The position numbers were made by a program, and so were the translations under genes. Below, one piece after another: positions 1-11,700 of a stretch of 56,894 nt of DNA; within the stretch, counting starts at the first letter, position 1; the number at the start of each line of letters is the position of its first letter. The notes below the pieces were generated by a model, which was not told the DNA's origin, made no database searches, and saw nothing but the letters and a program-made list of their open reading frames with translations. This stretch comes from a virus (Duplodnaviria > Caudoviricetes): IMG/VR virus record IMGVR_UViG_3300032331_001429, positions 1-56,894 of that record, one strand, 5' to 3'.

Positions 1-881
1 GATCCGGTTAGGCCGGAGCTAAATACTGTACCAGAGTATCCTCTACTTGCCCAATCAGTTCCGCCTATATTGGTCCAAGCAGGACCGCCAATTGTTATTG
101 GTCCTTCCCCAGATAGATGTCCTTTATATGTTATAAAGTCACCAGTTCTGGATCCTAAAGTAATTGAACTTGTTAAGAGGCCGTTTGATTGAGTGACGTG
201 GAATCCGGTCGCATCTACTACAACAGCATCTGTACTTCTACCTAACTGTATTCTATGGTTAGTTCCTAAACTACCAGCAAGGCTGGGATCATTTGTAGAT
301 CCTATAACAATATTTTGAGCTAGGTGTGAAAGATATACGGCTCTTTGTGCTAACCCACTATAGTTAGCATCATTAGGTAAATCAAAAGAAGCAAAGGCTA
401 AGTTTCTTAATCCAGGTGCACCAGTAAGAGTTGACACGCCCAGATTCTTCTGCATCTCCATTATATCATCTTGCAAAGTATTAAGATGCCAAGCGTTTAA
501 GTAATCAGGAACAGCTATATAAGTTACAGAAAAATCTGAAGTAGGTAAAGCAGTAAAAACAATGTAGGCACTTTTGGCATTAGTTGCACTAGTGTCTAAT
601 AAAGGACTCCCACCACCTTGAACCGTAATCGTAAGAGGAGTTCCATCTGCAGCAACCATTGGCCTATGCCATAGGTATAGTCTGTTTCCTATAAGCTCGT
701 CAACAGTTCTATTTTCTGTTACTGTTTGTGCTCCATCTAGCTCTGATATTTTATTGACATAAGTAGAAAACCTAGTTGGGTAGCCAATATTTCTGCCTTT
801 ATCCGAATATGGATTAGGACTTACTACAAATTTTTGACTTTCTCCTGTTGGAGCGTGAGTAGAGAATGAAGTGTATGCCAT
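1..881 (-). CDS. Tail fibre / baseplate-attached receptor-binding protein, 3' truncated by window edge
   Basis: Not in the ORF track. Manual translation from ATG at 879-881 (overlapping the TGA of the upstream gene, TGATG) stays open to base 1: MAYTSFSTHAPTGESQKF...VPDYLNAWHLNTLQDDIMEMQKNLG...; the A-x-H-x-N-x-LQD helix resembles fibre N-terminal anchors; Gly/Ser/Thr-rich; follows baseplate genes. Confidence 0.6.
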   Translation of the reverse strand, partial: MAYTSFSTHAPTGESQKFVVSPNPYSDKGRNIGYPTRFSTYVNKISELDGAQTVTENRTVDELIGNRLYLWHRPMVAADGTPLTITVQGGGSPLLDTSATNAKSAYIVFTALPTSDFSVTYIAVPDYLNAWHLNTLQDDIMEMQKNLGVSTLTGAPGLRNLAFASFDLPNDANYSGLAQRAVYLSHLAQNIVIGSTNDPSLAGSLGTNHRIQLGRSTDAVVVDATGFHVTQSNGLLTSSITLGSRTGDFITYKGHLSGEGPITIGGPAWTNIGGTDWASRGYSGTVFSSGLTG

Positions 882-2494
882 CAGATTACCTGAATTTTGG
901 AGTTTGGATATGATTCAATCATGTATACTTTATTTGTGTCTACGTCATTATAGTAATAATCATAGTACAATCTATAAAATAATTGCCTGCCAAGATTTGT
1001 AGTGATCAACATTACATTAGGATCTACTTCTGAGAACGCCAATGTAGTCAAAATTTCGTCTAATTGACCGACAAAAGTTTTACCCGGAGTAGGTATCTCT
1101 ATTTGAAAGTCTGCAAGAGACTCTAGATAGCTGCCCTTATTAGCAGGCTCTCTTGCGTTACATATTTTTAGAACAAACTTAGTTTCATTTAGATAGGTTT
1201 CTTTTACTAGTATAAATAGTTTTGTTCCTCGCACAGTCAGTAACTGTGGCACAATACTCACACTTGGATCATTATAGGTACCGTAAGTAACTTCTTCACC
1301 TATAGTCAAATCTCTTATATCGTATTCAGCATAGACATCAAACTCTGAAGGACCAAAAGACTTTTCTTTTATTTTACCTTCTTCTACTTTCCAGGTTGTG
1401 TCAAATACTTCATTAAAGAATGAAATCTTTCTGCCTTGAACGTTTGTAACAAACGGTTCTAGATCTTTGTGTATTCCAGTAATTTTTTCTATTCTAGTTG
1501 GTATGTCTATATTTAAAAATGTGTCTTGCGTTAAAACAGGCTGTATAGCAATTTTTTTAGTATCAATTCCAACGTTTCCTATAGCACAGACTTGAGAAAA
1601 GTAGCTAGAGCTATCAAGGTAGGGTAAGGTATCTAAAGTAGATCTTGACCATTTAGTTGCAAAGTTTGAAACTTCGAGCTTAGGCGCATTAAAGTATACT
1701 TTAGAATCAGATTCAGACTGAACAACAAAATGTATTCTGTAAACACTTCCATCAATTCTTATAGAGGAATGCAGTCTCCTCCACTCACTTGACGGAGTTG
1801 TACTTGTTGCTTGAGCATGCTTGACTGTACCATCTTGCATTTCTACTATAGTCAGCAAGGTAACTTTATCTTCAATCAAATTAGATAGGTAGTAAATGCT
1901 AAATGAAATAGTTTCTGCTATACTATTGTTGACATAAACAGATTGACCAAAACTTCCAGCTCCATCTATTAGCATACTATTTGGACATATATAAGCTTTG
2001 TTTTTTACTAGATAAACATTATTATAGTTATTAGAATTATACCTAATCCATCCTAAAGGAAGCTTAGTTCTAGCAGGAGCTAGTATAGAATAATTAGAAT
2101 TAAATAATAAGTTATTAAATACTTTAGTCTCAATAAGTTCTCTATTATATAGATTAGTGCTATAGAGTATACTTCTTTGGAACTTATCAGCAGTGTGCAG
2201 ATGTCGCTCTGTTATATAACTTGCAGTAAGTTCTATAACGTGTTCAAGATTTTGACCCCAAGAATTGACTAGTTTCCAACCATTGGAATCTGTCTTTTGT
2301 CTCATCTCCATCCATTGTGGTAAATTATTTAATATAGCTTGAGTAGCAGGAGCTTGATATCCTTGAGTCTGTGTTGCAAAAGTAGAAGCTACATCAGAAC
2401 TGTAGCCATAAGCAACAGCTAAAGAATTTTTGGTTAGTTGTCTTGTCTCATAGGAGTATCTAACCGGAAGATAATCAACTTTTATATTATTCAA
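881..2494 (-). CDS. Baseplate/tail protein with a probable carbohydrate-binding beta-sandwich module
   Basis: 537 aa downstream of baseplate J-like gene; segment NNLLFNSNYS...LPLGW...FGQSV...FSIYY...WRRLH...VYFNAPKLE resembles CBM4/9-like jelly-roll modules. Confidence 0.5.
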   Translation of the reverse strand: MNNIKVDYLPVRYSYETRQLTKNSLAVAYGYSSDVASTFATQTQGYQAPATQAILNNLPQWMEMRQKTDSNGWKLVNSWGQNLEHVIELTASYITERHLHTADKFQRSILYSTNLYNRELIETKVFNNLLFNSNYSILAPARTKLPLGWIRYNSNNYNNVYLVKNKAYICPNSMLIDGAGSFGQSVYVNNSIAETISFSIYYLSNLIEDKVTLLTIVEMQDGTVKHAQATSTTPSSEWRRLHSSIRIDGSVYRIHFVVQSESDSKVYFNAPKLEVSNFATKWSRSTLDTLPYLDSSSYFSQVCAIGNVGIDTKKIAIQPVLTQDTFLNIDIPTRIEKITGIHKDLEPFVTNVQGRKISFFNEVFDTTWKVEEGKIKEKSFGPSEFDVYAEYDIRDLTIGEEVTYGTYNDPSVSIVPQLLTVRGTKLFILVKETYLNETKFVLKICNAREPANKGSYLESLADFQIEIPTPGKTFVGQLDEILTTLAFSEVDPNVMLITTNLGRQLFYRLYYDYYYNDVDTNKVYMIESYPNSKIQVI

Positions 2495-2957
2495 CTATTC
2501 CTCCAACATAGAGTCGAAGCGATGTATAAGGGTTAGACGATTCTATACTAGTCAAAGTTTGACGCAGCCATATGCCCGTAGATTCCGTAGGATGCAGAGT
2601 TCCTATGTCTAGCCCACCTGAATAAGAGTTTGGTGCAACCCAACCATAAAGATCAGATGGTGGACGCTGCACTGATCCAGTCCCTAAAGATCCTGTTTGT
2701 AATGCTAGATAAATCTGTCCAGAAGTATGTTGTGCATCTAGCCATATTCTGGTATCGGTTGAAGTCATAGAGTATTCATTCTTTACAAATACTTTTCTAT
2801 ACTGCACAACTGCGCCAGTGCTTTCTATTGGATAGGCATATTGATGAGCAAAGAGCTCACCTAGGTAACCGCTGAGTTCTGTCTCAACTATTGAACCACC
2901 TACCTTTCCTGTTAATCCCGTAGGATTAAATTGACTTTTAAAGAATTTGAAACTCAT
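2487..2957 (-). CDS. Small baseplate/tail structural protein
   Basis: 156 aa, beta-rich; motifs QYRKVFVKN and IGTLHPTESTGIWLRQT typical of small phage tail proteins; overlaps both neighbours. Confidence 0.5.
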   Translation of the reverse strand: MSFKFFKSQFNPTGLTGKVGGSIVETELSGYLGELFAHQYAYPIESTGAVVQYRKVFVKNEYSMTSTDTRIWLDAQHTSGQIYLALQTGSLGTGSVQRPPSDLYGWVAPNSYSGGLDIGTLHPTESTGIWLRQTLTSIESSNPYTSLRLYVGGIVE

Positions 2958-4108
2958 TATAACATCTTTACCGCATCTTCAGCAGTATCATCTGGGACAA
3001 AAAGTTCATCTGCAGCTAATTGTATATTTGACAATATCTTAGGCTTGCCATCCAAACAGAATTCTAGGATTTTTACATCTTTAATTGTAGAACTTGCGGA
3101 GAGTATTGCAGATCTTAATTGATTAAGAACCATCTCCCCGCCCAATGGGATGCTAGCAAAGTAAGCTAGAACAGCGGATTCAGCAGCTCTTCTTGAAGCA
3201 GCTTTTGTGCCTTCTTCCACATTGGCATTAAATCTTAATTGAGCCATTACTTTAAAAGCAACATAGACAGGCTCTCTTATCATTGGGCTTACCCCAAAAG
3301 CAGCAACAGATTCTACAACTCTTCTTGCCTCATCTATAGTGCTTTGGGCTAGTTTATTTCCCTGAGGAATTAATAGTACATCAAAGGTTCCTGCGCCTCT
3401 AGCGTAGGGAACTATTTCTGATCTAGAAACTCCTGGCCTAGAGGATGCCGCAATTTGAATTGCAGTCCTGTTAGCTCCATATTTAGTAGTAAACGCTTTA
3501 GACAATCTGTACTTGTATTGAGCATCAGTTTCTACATCAGAGCCACTGACAATGCTAATATCATTTGTGACCTTGACATTAGGATTTGACAGGCTATGAA
3601 CAACAAGCTGATTAGCGCCTACGTTGAACTCTGCTCCAGAAATAGTAGCTCTTACTGGAACAAATGCGCTTCTTGCGTTAACAGGAAAACTAGTGTCGCT
3701 AGTTACTTGAAATACAATATCGCCTGAAGCATTGCTAACTGTAGTTCCAGCAGGTATCATACCCGATCCCGGAGCAACAGATGGAAGTCTAGATCCTAAA
3801 GTTCCACTATCTACATAGAATCTAACTGAACCATCTTGAATACTAGCTATAGCTTTTCTATCTTTTATTCTAGGCAAACCAAGAAGTTCTCCAAATAGAT
3901 CTAAGTATAAACCTGAAGCCGTACTTAGGAAACAATTATCAAAAGCACCAACAACAAACTCTTGCAGTCTAGAAATTTCTAAGTTGCTGGAATCGACCAG
4001 CGCTTTGACAATTGAACCTTGAGAAAAGTAGCTTAGGTCAGTATTAGCAGAGAGATAGCGTAAGCTCTCTCTAGACATTTCCGATAAAGTTCTTTTTGTC
4101 AGTGGCAT
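2957..4108 (-). CDS. Baseplate J-like wedge protein
   Basis: 383 aa with GSIVKALV, STASGLYLDLFG...LPR, IPAGTTV, GAEFNVGANQL, GSDVETDAQYKYRL, RGAGTFDV: P2 gpJ / Mu gp47-type motifs. Confidence 0.9.
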   Translation of the reverse strand: MPLTKRTLSEMSRESLRYLSANTDLSYFSQGSIVKALVDSSNLEISRLQEFVVGAFDNCFLSTASGLYLDLFGELLGLPRIKDRKAIASIQDGSVRFYVDSGTLGSRLPSVAPGSGMIPAGTTVSNASGDIVFQVTSDTSFPVNARSAFVPVRATISGAEFNVGANQLVVHSLSNPNVKVTNDISIVSGSDVETDAQYKYRLSKAFTTKYGANRTAIQIAASSRPGVSRSEIVPYARGAGTFDVLLIPQGNKLAQSTIDEARRVVESVAAFGVSPMIREPVYVAFKVMAQLRFNANVEEGTKAASRRAAESAVLAYFASIPLGGEMVLNQLRSAILSASSTIKDVKILEFCLDGKPKILSNIQLAADELFVPDDTAEDAVKML

Positions 4109-4545
4109 CAGATCACCAGTGGGGTAGGTTCGCCATCAATGTAGGGAAAGCTGTAGGCTATTTTTTGACCTTCTACTTGTACAAATTCTCCACTAATCAA
4201 AAAAGTTCCAGCTAATTCTACAATGCACAAAGCTTCTTCTGTATCAAAAGGGACCACAGTAGCCACAGCATCATTGTTAGAAAAAATTTGATTCTGTAGG
4301 GTTCTATTTATATTATTTTCCATTTTAGCGTGGCTAGCGGGTGTATTTGGTTCACCAATAAAAGCTCCCAGATTACAACCTACGTTCTTGTCTGCTGCGT
4401 AGTCACCGTAATCCGTTCGCAACACAAAATTTGCGGCTCCTTTGTATGTCTCTAAAGTGTCAGCTATTTTTATATCTCCACGTCCATCTAACACAATATC
4501 GCCATTAAAAGTTGCAGCTATATCTTGATCATAGTAAGTTGCCAT
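4108..4545 (-). CDS. Baseplate wedge / sheath initiator (gp25/gpW-like)
   Basis: 145 aa immediately upstream of J-like gene; GDIVLDGRGDI...LRTDYGDY...VGCNLGAFIGEPN pattern. Confidence 0.7.
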   Translation of the reverse strand: MATYYDQDIAATFNGDIVLDGRGDIKIADTLETYKGAANFVLRTDYGDYAADKNVGCNLGAFIGEPNTPASHAKMENNINRTLQNQIFSNNDAVATVVPFDTEEALCIVELAGTFLISGEFVQVEGQKIAYSFPYIDGEPTPLVI

Positions 4546-4546
4546 T

Positions 4547-5218
4547 TTATCTCCTCCTTAATATTTCGTTTTCAATTTCTTGATTGTCAATAATTATTGT
4601 ACCAATGTCTCTTTCACTTATTTGCTGTGATAAATTTTTCTTATTGTTTCTTCTGTTTGCTTCTCTTCCTATAAGAATTAAAATTCCTTCTACAAGGGCT
4701 ATGTACACCATTCGTCTATCGGTTAACAAAGTAAATAATCTGAATACCCAATTTTTTACAGGAGTAAAGAAAGAACTAGGAAACTCAGTTGCTAAAGTAT
4801 TCATTTCGTAGCCGCTTACTGTGTCAATGCTGGTACTGCCTAAAGTCGTAGAGCTAGAAGAAGAATACATCTGTGAGTTCTTTCCATCTGCCCTAAAAAC
4901 ACCAGGAGACTCCGCACTGTCAGTGTTAGCTACTATAAATCTACCAAATAAAGGTTGGACGCTTAGTGCTCCTCCTACAAAGTTTGCTGTTTCAAAGTCA
5001 GCAGAATATTTAGTAGTCTTATCTGTATCTAAAAATGAACTAAAGTTATAAGAAACTGCACTACCTATTTTTTCACCAACCTCAGATAGTTCTAAGTCTG
5101 GTTTCATTATGTACTGCGGACTAAACAGAGAAGAAGTATTTTTAATTTCTTCTTGACTTGCCGCTCCAAGGGAAGATCCACCCACAGAGTGGACGTTATC
5201 AAAAGTCATGTCAGTCAT
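4547..5218 (-). CDS. Hypothetical baseplate-region protein with one hydrophobic helix
   Basis: 223 aa; hydrophobic MVYIALVEGILILIG followed by a basic stretch; lies between hub and wedge genes. Confidence 0.45.
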   Translation of the reverse strand: MTDMTFDNVHSVGGSSLGAASQEEIKNTSSLFSPQYIMKPDLELSEVGEKIGSAVSYNFSSFLDTDKTTKYSADFETANFVGGALSVQPLFGRFIVANTDSAESPGVFRADGKNSQMYSSSSSTTLGSTSIDTVSGYEMNTLATEFPSSFFTPVKNWVFRLFTLLTDRRMVYIALVEGILILIGREANRRNNKKNLSQQISERDIGTIIIDNQEIENEILRRR

Positions 5219-5757
5219 TATTGTCTCCAGTCTTTGTACTCATTAGTGTAAGTAGTTGTTGTGTAGACAAACTCCCCATTGATTGCTTGAGAGGTGTCAA
5301 TAGAATCTACGAGTACATCGACCTTCTTTATATTAGCAGGTAAGTTTTTGGGTATAGTCAAAGGATTGATAGCAACCATTATCATATTTTGTTTTAGAAA
5401 GTTTAATAAAGGTTCTTGTCTTCTAAGTTCTTTTTGTAGCTGAAAAGCATTTTGTCTTTCATTGTTTGGGGGAGTTGGAGCAGGATTCTGAGACTGTCCA
5501 GGTCTAAGAGATAATCCAGCTTCGCGAATTAATTGCTCAAATTCTTCATAGTTGTACAAAGGAACAACAAAAACTCTATTTCTATTAGATGCATAAGCAA
5601 TTTCAATATCAGGAAAAATTAATCCTTGAGGTACTAGATTACTAGATACTATAAAGTCTATGACTCTTGCTCCTTTTATAATCCTACAAACAATGCCTTT
5701 ACTAAATCTTCTAGAGGCTAACTTAGCATTTGCTTCTGCTTTCTTAAATGCTCGCAT
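5218..5757 (-). CDS. Hypothetical baseplate-region protein
   Basis: 179 aa ORF with 1-nt stop/start overlaps on both sides; position where spike-related genes normally lie. Confidence 0.45.
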   Translation of the reverse strand: MRAFKKAEANAKLASRRFSKGIVCRIIKGARVIDFIVSSNLVPQGLIFPDIEIAYASNRNRVFVVPLYNYEEFEQLIREAGLSLRPGQSQNPAPTPPNNERQNAFQLQKELRRQEPLLNFLKQNMIMVAINPLTIPKNLPANIKKVDVLVDSIDTSQAINGEFVYTTTTYTNEYKDWRQ

Positions 5758-8700
5758 TATTTCACCGTAGAATTAGTTTCTACATAAGAAGGACCGAATA
5801 TAGTCTCAAATACTTGTTCTGCAGACTTATTTAGATCCCTCATACTCCAGAATGTATCATTAAAATTAATTGCCCAAATAGGATCGTCAGTATCCATACC
5901 GGCTAAAAAGGGTAATCCGTTAAAGTAAATTGGACTAAGTATTACAGGTAGTTGTTGAGTTTTTTGTGCGTTTTCTACAAAAGAACTGGTAGTCAATATT
6001 CTAAAACTAGTATGAGTAATTTGATTTGCCAGACCAGTAGATGCCCAATTTAGGAAGTAAGTATTAGCAGCACCTCCATATTTAGCCATAAGTCCGCCTA
6101 GTGCTTTAAATGGACTTCCTCCAGAGCCTAGCAGGATTCTTCCTACCTCAGCAGAGTTTTTTCCAAGTGCTGTTAATCGGCCTACAACTGCTTTTGTTCT
6201 GCCACTAGAAAGCACAGCTTTTAAAGAAGCTTTAATTCCTTCTTTTACGCTAAAAGCTCCAGGAGCCAATGCAGTGCCTCCACCTAGAGAAGCAACAATA
6301 ATTGCTATAGTTATTGCGTCTGATACCCAATCTATGGTTTTAAATACCTTATTAAAGGTATCTTCCATTGCGGCAGTTTGAAGTATTGCTGCTCCAGGAT
6401 TGGCGTCACAGACAGCCTGAGGACCAATATTGGTGACCCAGCCAGCATCAATAGACCAGTGGTGCACAACTGATTCTACCTCAAGCGGTCCAGTCATTTT
6501 TGTATATTCGTCGTTTATAATTATTCTATCATGAGGCTTCATATTTCTTCCTATAAGCATAAGTGTGCCTCTGTACATTCTTCTTATACCATCCGCTAGG
6601 TGAGTGCAAGCTAGCTTTGCCGCTAGCTCGTTGGACTGGCAATTTAGTTCTGTAAATATTTTTAGCTTCTTATTAGCTAAAGTAAGTCCAGGGTGGAACT
6701 GTAATCCCATGACTCCAGACACTTCTTGCTTAGGATAGTACACCCATTTTATACCAGAGTAAAAATCTCCTGACTTAAATAAAGATTCTTCATCATCTAT
6801 TTTAGCCACTGCTTCAGCATGTGCCGGATGCTCTACTATAACAGTATTCCACATATCTTTTGTACTAGCAACTATATCATTTTTTAGTATGTCATGATCA
6901 GAATCTATCCAATGATGCTGCCTAAACACTTGCATATTAGGGGGCAGCAGTCCGTCTATAGTTTTAATTTTATTTATTTCTGCTTGAACTTCTGGATCAT
7001 TACTTTTTAGATACTCATTAAAAAAGTATACAAATAATTTAAGTGTCAAAAGATTACTAGGATCTAGATTTTCATTTGAAGAATATCTTTTAGCTCGAAC
7101 ATTGTCTTCTATATCTACTCTTAGTTTCGCTGCTCTATCAAAAATACCTCTTATATCTTTCACGGCTGGCTGACTAGTAAATTGTAAAATTCCTCCTGGT
7201 CTTGCGTCTCTAATATATTTTCTTGTTGCTTCTTTATTTAAAGAATAAGCAACTACGGCATCTTCAAGACTTTTAACTTCTTTTATCCAACTCAATATAC
7301 TAGTTTTTACTTTATCACTAAGTTTGTCTTGATTAGATTGTAGTAGTTTAGTTGCATTCAGGCTTACCGTATGTTGTGTTATGTCATAATAATTTACAAG
7401 TTGTCCAAGAATATAAGGCTCTTGAACTTCAAAGAATGTTGCACCAACAACTCCTTGATTTGTGGCAACACTTCTTCCAAAGTTATTAGAGTCTTCTGTA
7501 TAAGGTTTATATGTGTCTAAGATACTTAGTATCACATCAGACATATTTTCAGTAAATTTAAATCTGTTTTCTAGCAAAGCATTAATTTCTGCCTCACTTA
7601 TTTCTTTAGAAGGTTGCAGTAGTTTAGGAAATTCAGTCTCTGCTCCTGGCCATTGTGTAAAAATATAATCTAAAGGAGTATCCATAATTGCATTTAAAAT
7701 AACAGGAATAGTGTTTCTTCCTAATTTACTTTGTATATTTCTATATGCTACTAAAGGAAGACTAGAATTGTCTATAGCTTTTTTCATCGCGCCACGGTAA
7801 GTATCCACATTTTTGCGATTGCCAATTAAAGTATTTCCTATTGTTACAACTTCATCTCTTAGCAATTTGTTTAATAATGTAAAGCAAGAAATATTTATAT
7901 TATATTCTAAGTTAAAATTATTGTAACTTCCAACATTTGGAACAAATTCATAGCCAGGCTCATTCCTAAACGCTGCAATTTTTATTTTTATAGATTGTAG
8001 ATCAGTAAGAACTTCTATATCAGAAACACCAGGACCCTGCCTACCGTTGTAGTCAGCAGCCGAAGTTTGATACTCAGTAGAAGTAGATAGATATTTATCT
8101 AGCCGATTATAATTCTGTTGAATATCATATTCTTTACTATTTTTAAATCCTTTTATAATAGAAGTAGTACTCTTGCTTGCATCTTTTTTATTATTGATAT
8201 ATTTCATCCAGCCACGGCGACCAGCTGGACCGCCCTTAGTAAATATATAAGGCTGATCAGGATGTCCAAAGAATAAGGTAGCTTCACCATCATAGGGTAC
8301 AACTGCTACTATTGCATTCCAACAGTGTCTGCTTGCTTCTTTAAAGACTTCCCAGGCAGGTTGCAACGGGACTACCCAGCTGTCGTTTATCTGAGAAGGC
8401 ATTATCTCAGACCAATTTCTCCAACCTACAACGTTATTGTAGGAAGGTAGATCTGCCCACCATATGTTTTTTAGTCTGGTGTCAAGACCTTGATTCTGTT
8501 TAGTTGTAGATTCTAGTCCAAAAAATTCTTTTACTGCATTTGTTATTGTATTGCCAACGTCTCTTGCTCCTGGTACAATGTCTACTCCATCTTGTCTATT
8601 TAATGCAATTTTTACAGCTTCTTGAACATCCTCAGTACGCAAATTTTTCAATATATAGTCACTAGTCATTTGAGGAAAGAAGTCTCCAAAGCCATCTGGA

Positions 8701-11700
8701 TTAGCATGCTGCATAGTCATTATGGCTAAATCTCTAGCTCCCCAATTCTTTACATTATCATTATAAAAGTTTACCTGTCTATTTATAAGTTCTGATTTCC
8801 AGCCTTGACATACAATAGTCAAAACATCTCCTGGTGATATTTCTACAATCTTTCCAGTAAATGCAATTTTTAGATTTTTAGGCATGGAGTCATACCCAAG
8901 TCTTATTTGTATAGCTCTACCTTCTACAATTTTGTATCTTTTTAAGTATCCTTCTACATTACTTCCTCTTAAATTTCCTGTAACTTTTTTAGTTATTGTT
9001 CCATCGTCACCCTTTACTGATACTACACCACCTTGGGGAAAAAACGAACTTTGAAGTAAAAATAACGGATCAGCAATTGTTATCACAGCTAAGTCCGCAT
9101 CGTCTTTATCCATTGTAATATCAACAGACATTATTGGATTTACAGAGAAGAAAGTATCATCTCCGTATAAATCAGACCCACGTTTTTCTAGTAAATAAAC
9201 TTTAACAGCCGGAAACATCTTACATGCGTTCTCATATATATCTGGCATTTGACTCAAGTCAGATCGTAAGCAGGCTGCGGTATTTTCATCAAGTGACCTT
9301 ATAAATTCAAATTCATTTACTCTATCTGCAGATCTTTGTGCTTCATCAGTATCTGAGTGCGGAAGTCTGCTATTAGGCCTAAGCAGTTTATAATCTTTTG
9401 CTACTTTATATATTTCGGCAGCTACTCCTGGTACTGTTAATTGTTTTCTTCTTACCACATTATTATTGTGGTGCACATATACACTAAGTTTTTTATCTCC
9501 TCTCATATACTCTTGCTCAAATTTATCTAGGGCAGCTATAGATAATTGATTCATAGTTTCATTATAAGCTGTCTCATCATTATAATAAGCTTTTTGAAAA
9601 GATTTTCTAATTATTTTAGATAAACTTTCTTGGAGTTTATGCTTTTTCCCTTGTTCAGTTTCTCTTGCCAGCTGACTTGCGAGACCTTCTATTTCGTTTA
9701 TATCATCTACTTCAAACGGTAATGACAATTGAAGTTCGTGACCTATTGCAGAAACATTGTTAGCTCCTGCTCTTATTTCCGCTAATAGTTTTGGTTTATA
9801 TTTTTCATTAAAGAGCCAAGCAGAAGGAGGTACAGTATCATTTTCATCAACAGCTAAGACTAACTGGTCTTCTGCATTTGTTTGATTAGTTCCTTTTTGC
9901 CCACTTGAGTTTACAATACCAAGATCATCGTAAGTTGGAGCAAATTCCTTCCAAAGATCTCCATATAATTTACTATATTTTGGTAAGAACAGATCTTCAT
10001 ATACAGATTTCTTAAAGTAAGAATTTATTGCTGTAGAATTAGAATCAGTAGCACTAGGATCGGTAGGGTAAGTGCCAGAATCTCCAATATATTTAATTAG
10101 TAACTTTAAGAATGCGGCGTCTAACCCTTCAACAGAATATATTTTAGACAAAGATTGTTGGATAGGACCCTTTCTTCTTACTACTACTTCAAATAAAGCG
10201 TTAATAAATTTCTGACTAAACTTTGTTGTAGACTTGGATAAATCTTGAACTGCTTGTCCACTCTCATTTGTAAAATCTAAAAACCCAGTGTAGTCTCCGT
10301 ATAGACTAGCAAACAGCCGTGAGGTAAGGTTATTTATATCAATTGGGTTTAGGGCAGGGTTGTTCTCTGTGCTATTACTGGTAAAGTCAAACATACTTTG
10401 TACATATTCTTTTACTATATTATAAACATTTGCATAATCAATCTCGTCAGGACCAAATACCATAGCTTGTAATTGATCTACACTTTGCCTTACTCTGTAT
10501 ACAATATTAGGCAGGCTTGCTCCTGTAGCTACTTTACCAGAAAAAAGTGGAGTTGCTTCTAGAGCTATAGCAAGTCGTTCGGAATAATCAAAAGAGGAGT
10601 CAAGCAGTACGGCTTTTAAAGTATCTCTATTAAGTATACCAAATGTTTCTAAAGTACCAAAATCTATATTACCATTAACTATTGGCCAAAATGTACTAAA
10701 TGCGTCAAATAAATTAGAGCCATCTGTTGTAGAATCTTGTCCTGTTATTGCATTTGCTAATCCAGATGGATTAGTAATAAGTTGTAGTCTAAATTGATAT
10801 TCTTTTGCTACTAGACCTTTAAAATATTTTTTCAAATCTTCATAGTCAGATCCGCCTTGTAATAGCTTGACTTCTGAATTGGTAAAAAAGTCAATGTTAC
10901 TTTCTGCCATGTCTAGTCTAACAGTTTTTGTAAGAGGCTGTTCTCCATTCTCTATAGAGACATGCAAAGGAACAAATGTATTACTTTTTGGTCTTCCAGA
11001 GATGTATCCTCTGTCTCCGGCTGGTTCTGCTAAAAGTTTAGCAACTGGACTATTAAGTACCCAACCCGCAACTCTTGCAAATCTATCTTTAGCTCGTGCT
11101 ATATAATCTGAACTTTCTTTAAACAAACAGAACTTACGGAAATCTGTATTATTTTCTTGATCAGCAAAAAGTAGATCTACAGAATAAAATCTAGATGTTG
11201 CTCCCATGTGTTGAGGAAAAGGTATGCCTTTGCCTATACAGTTTTTATAAGAAAATAAATTTTTTATATTACTAGATTCACTATAGACTTTAGTATTTTT
11301 ATTGTTGACAAAACTTAACTTAGTAAGGTCTGAAACATTTGGCTCAATTACCTCTCCTGTAGAGTACTCTCCATACCAACTAATTTCTACACCACTAAAA
11401 TCTTCTGCAGTAACGGTAGGAATCATATTATCATCTAAAGCAATATCTAACCATTTATTTAGATAGTAAGCATCCGAGCCATATGGACTTCTTTCTGGTT
11501 TTGTTTTGCCTTGATATAAAAGTTCTCCATTTGGATATATAGCTGACACATCTACCCTAGTCATAGTTAACGTAACGTACAAAGCGTAAGGAATATCTGG
11601 TACAGAAGCTAAAATAAGTTCATCTAGAGCAACCGGAATAAACCCAGTGTAGTTGCTTTTTTTCTTTTGATTATCTGTAGTGGCCGTTAAAGTAGTAGGA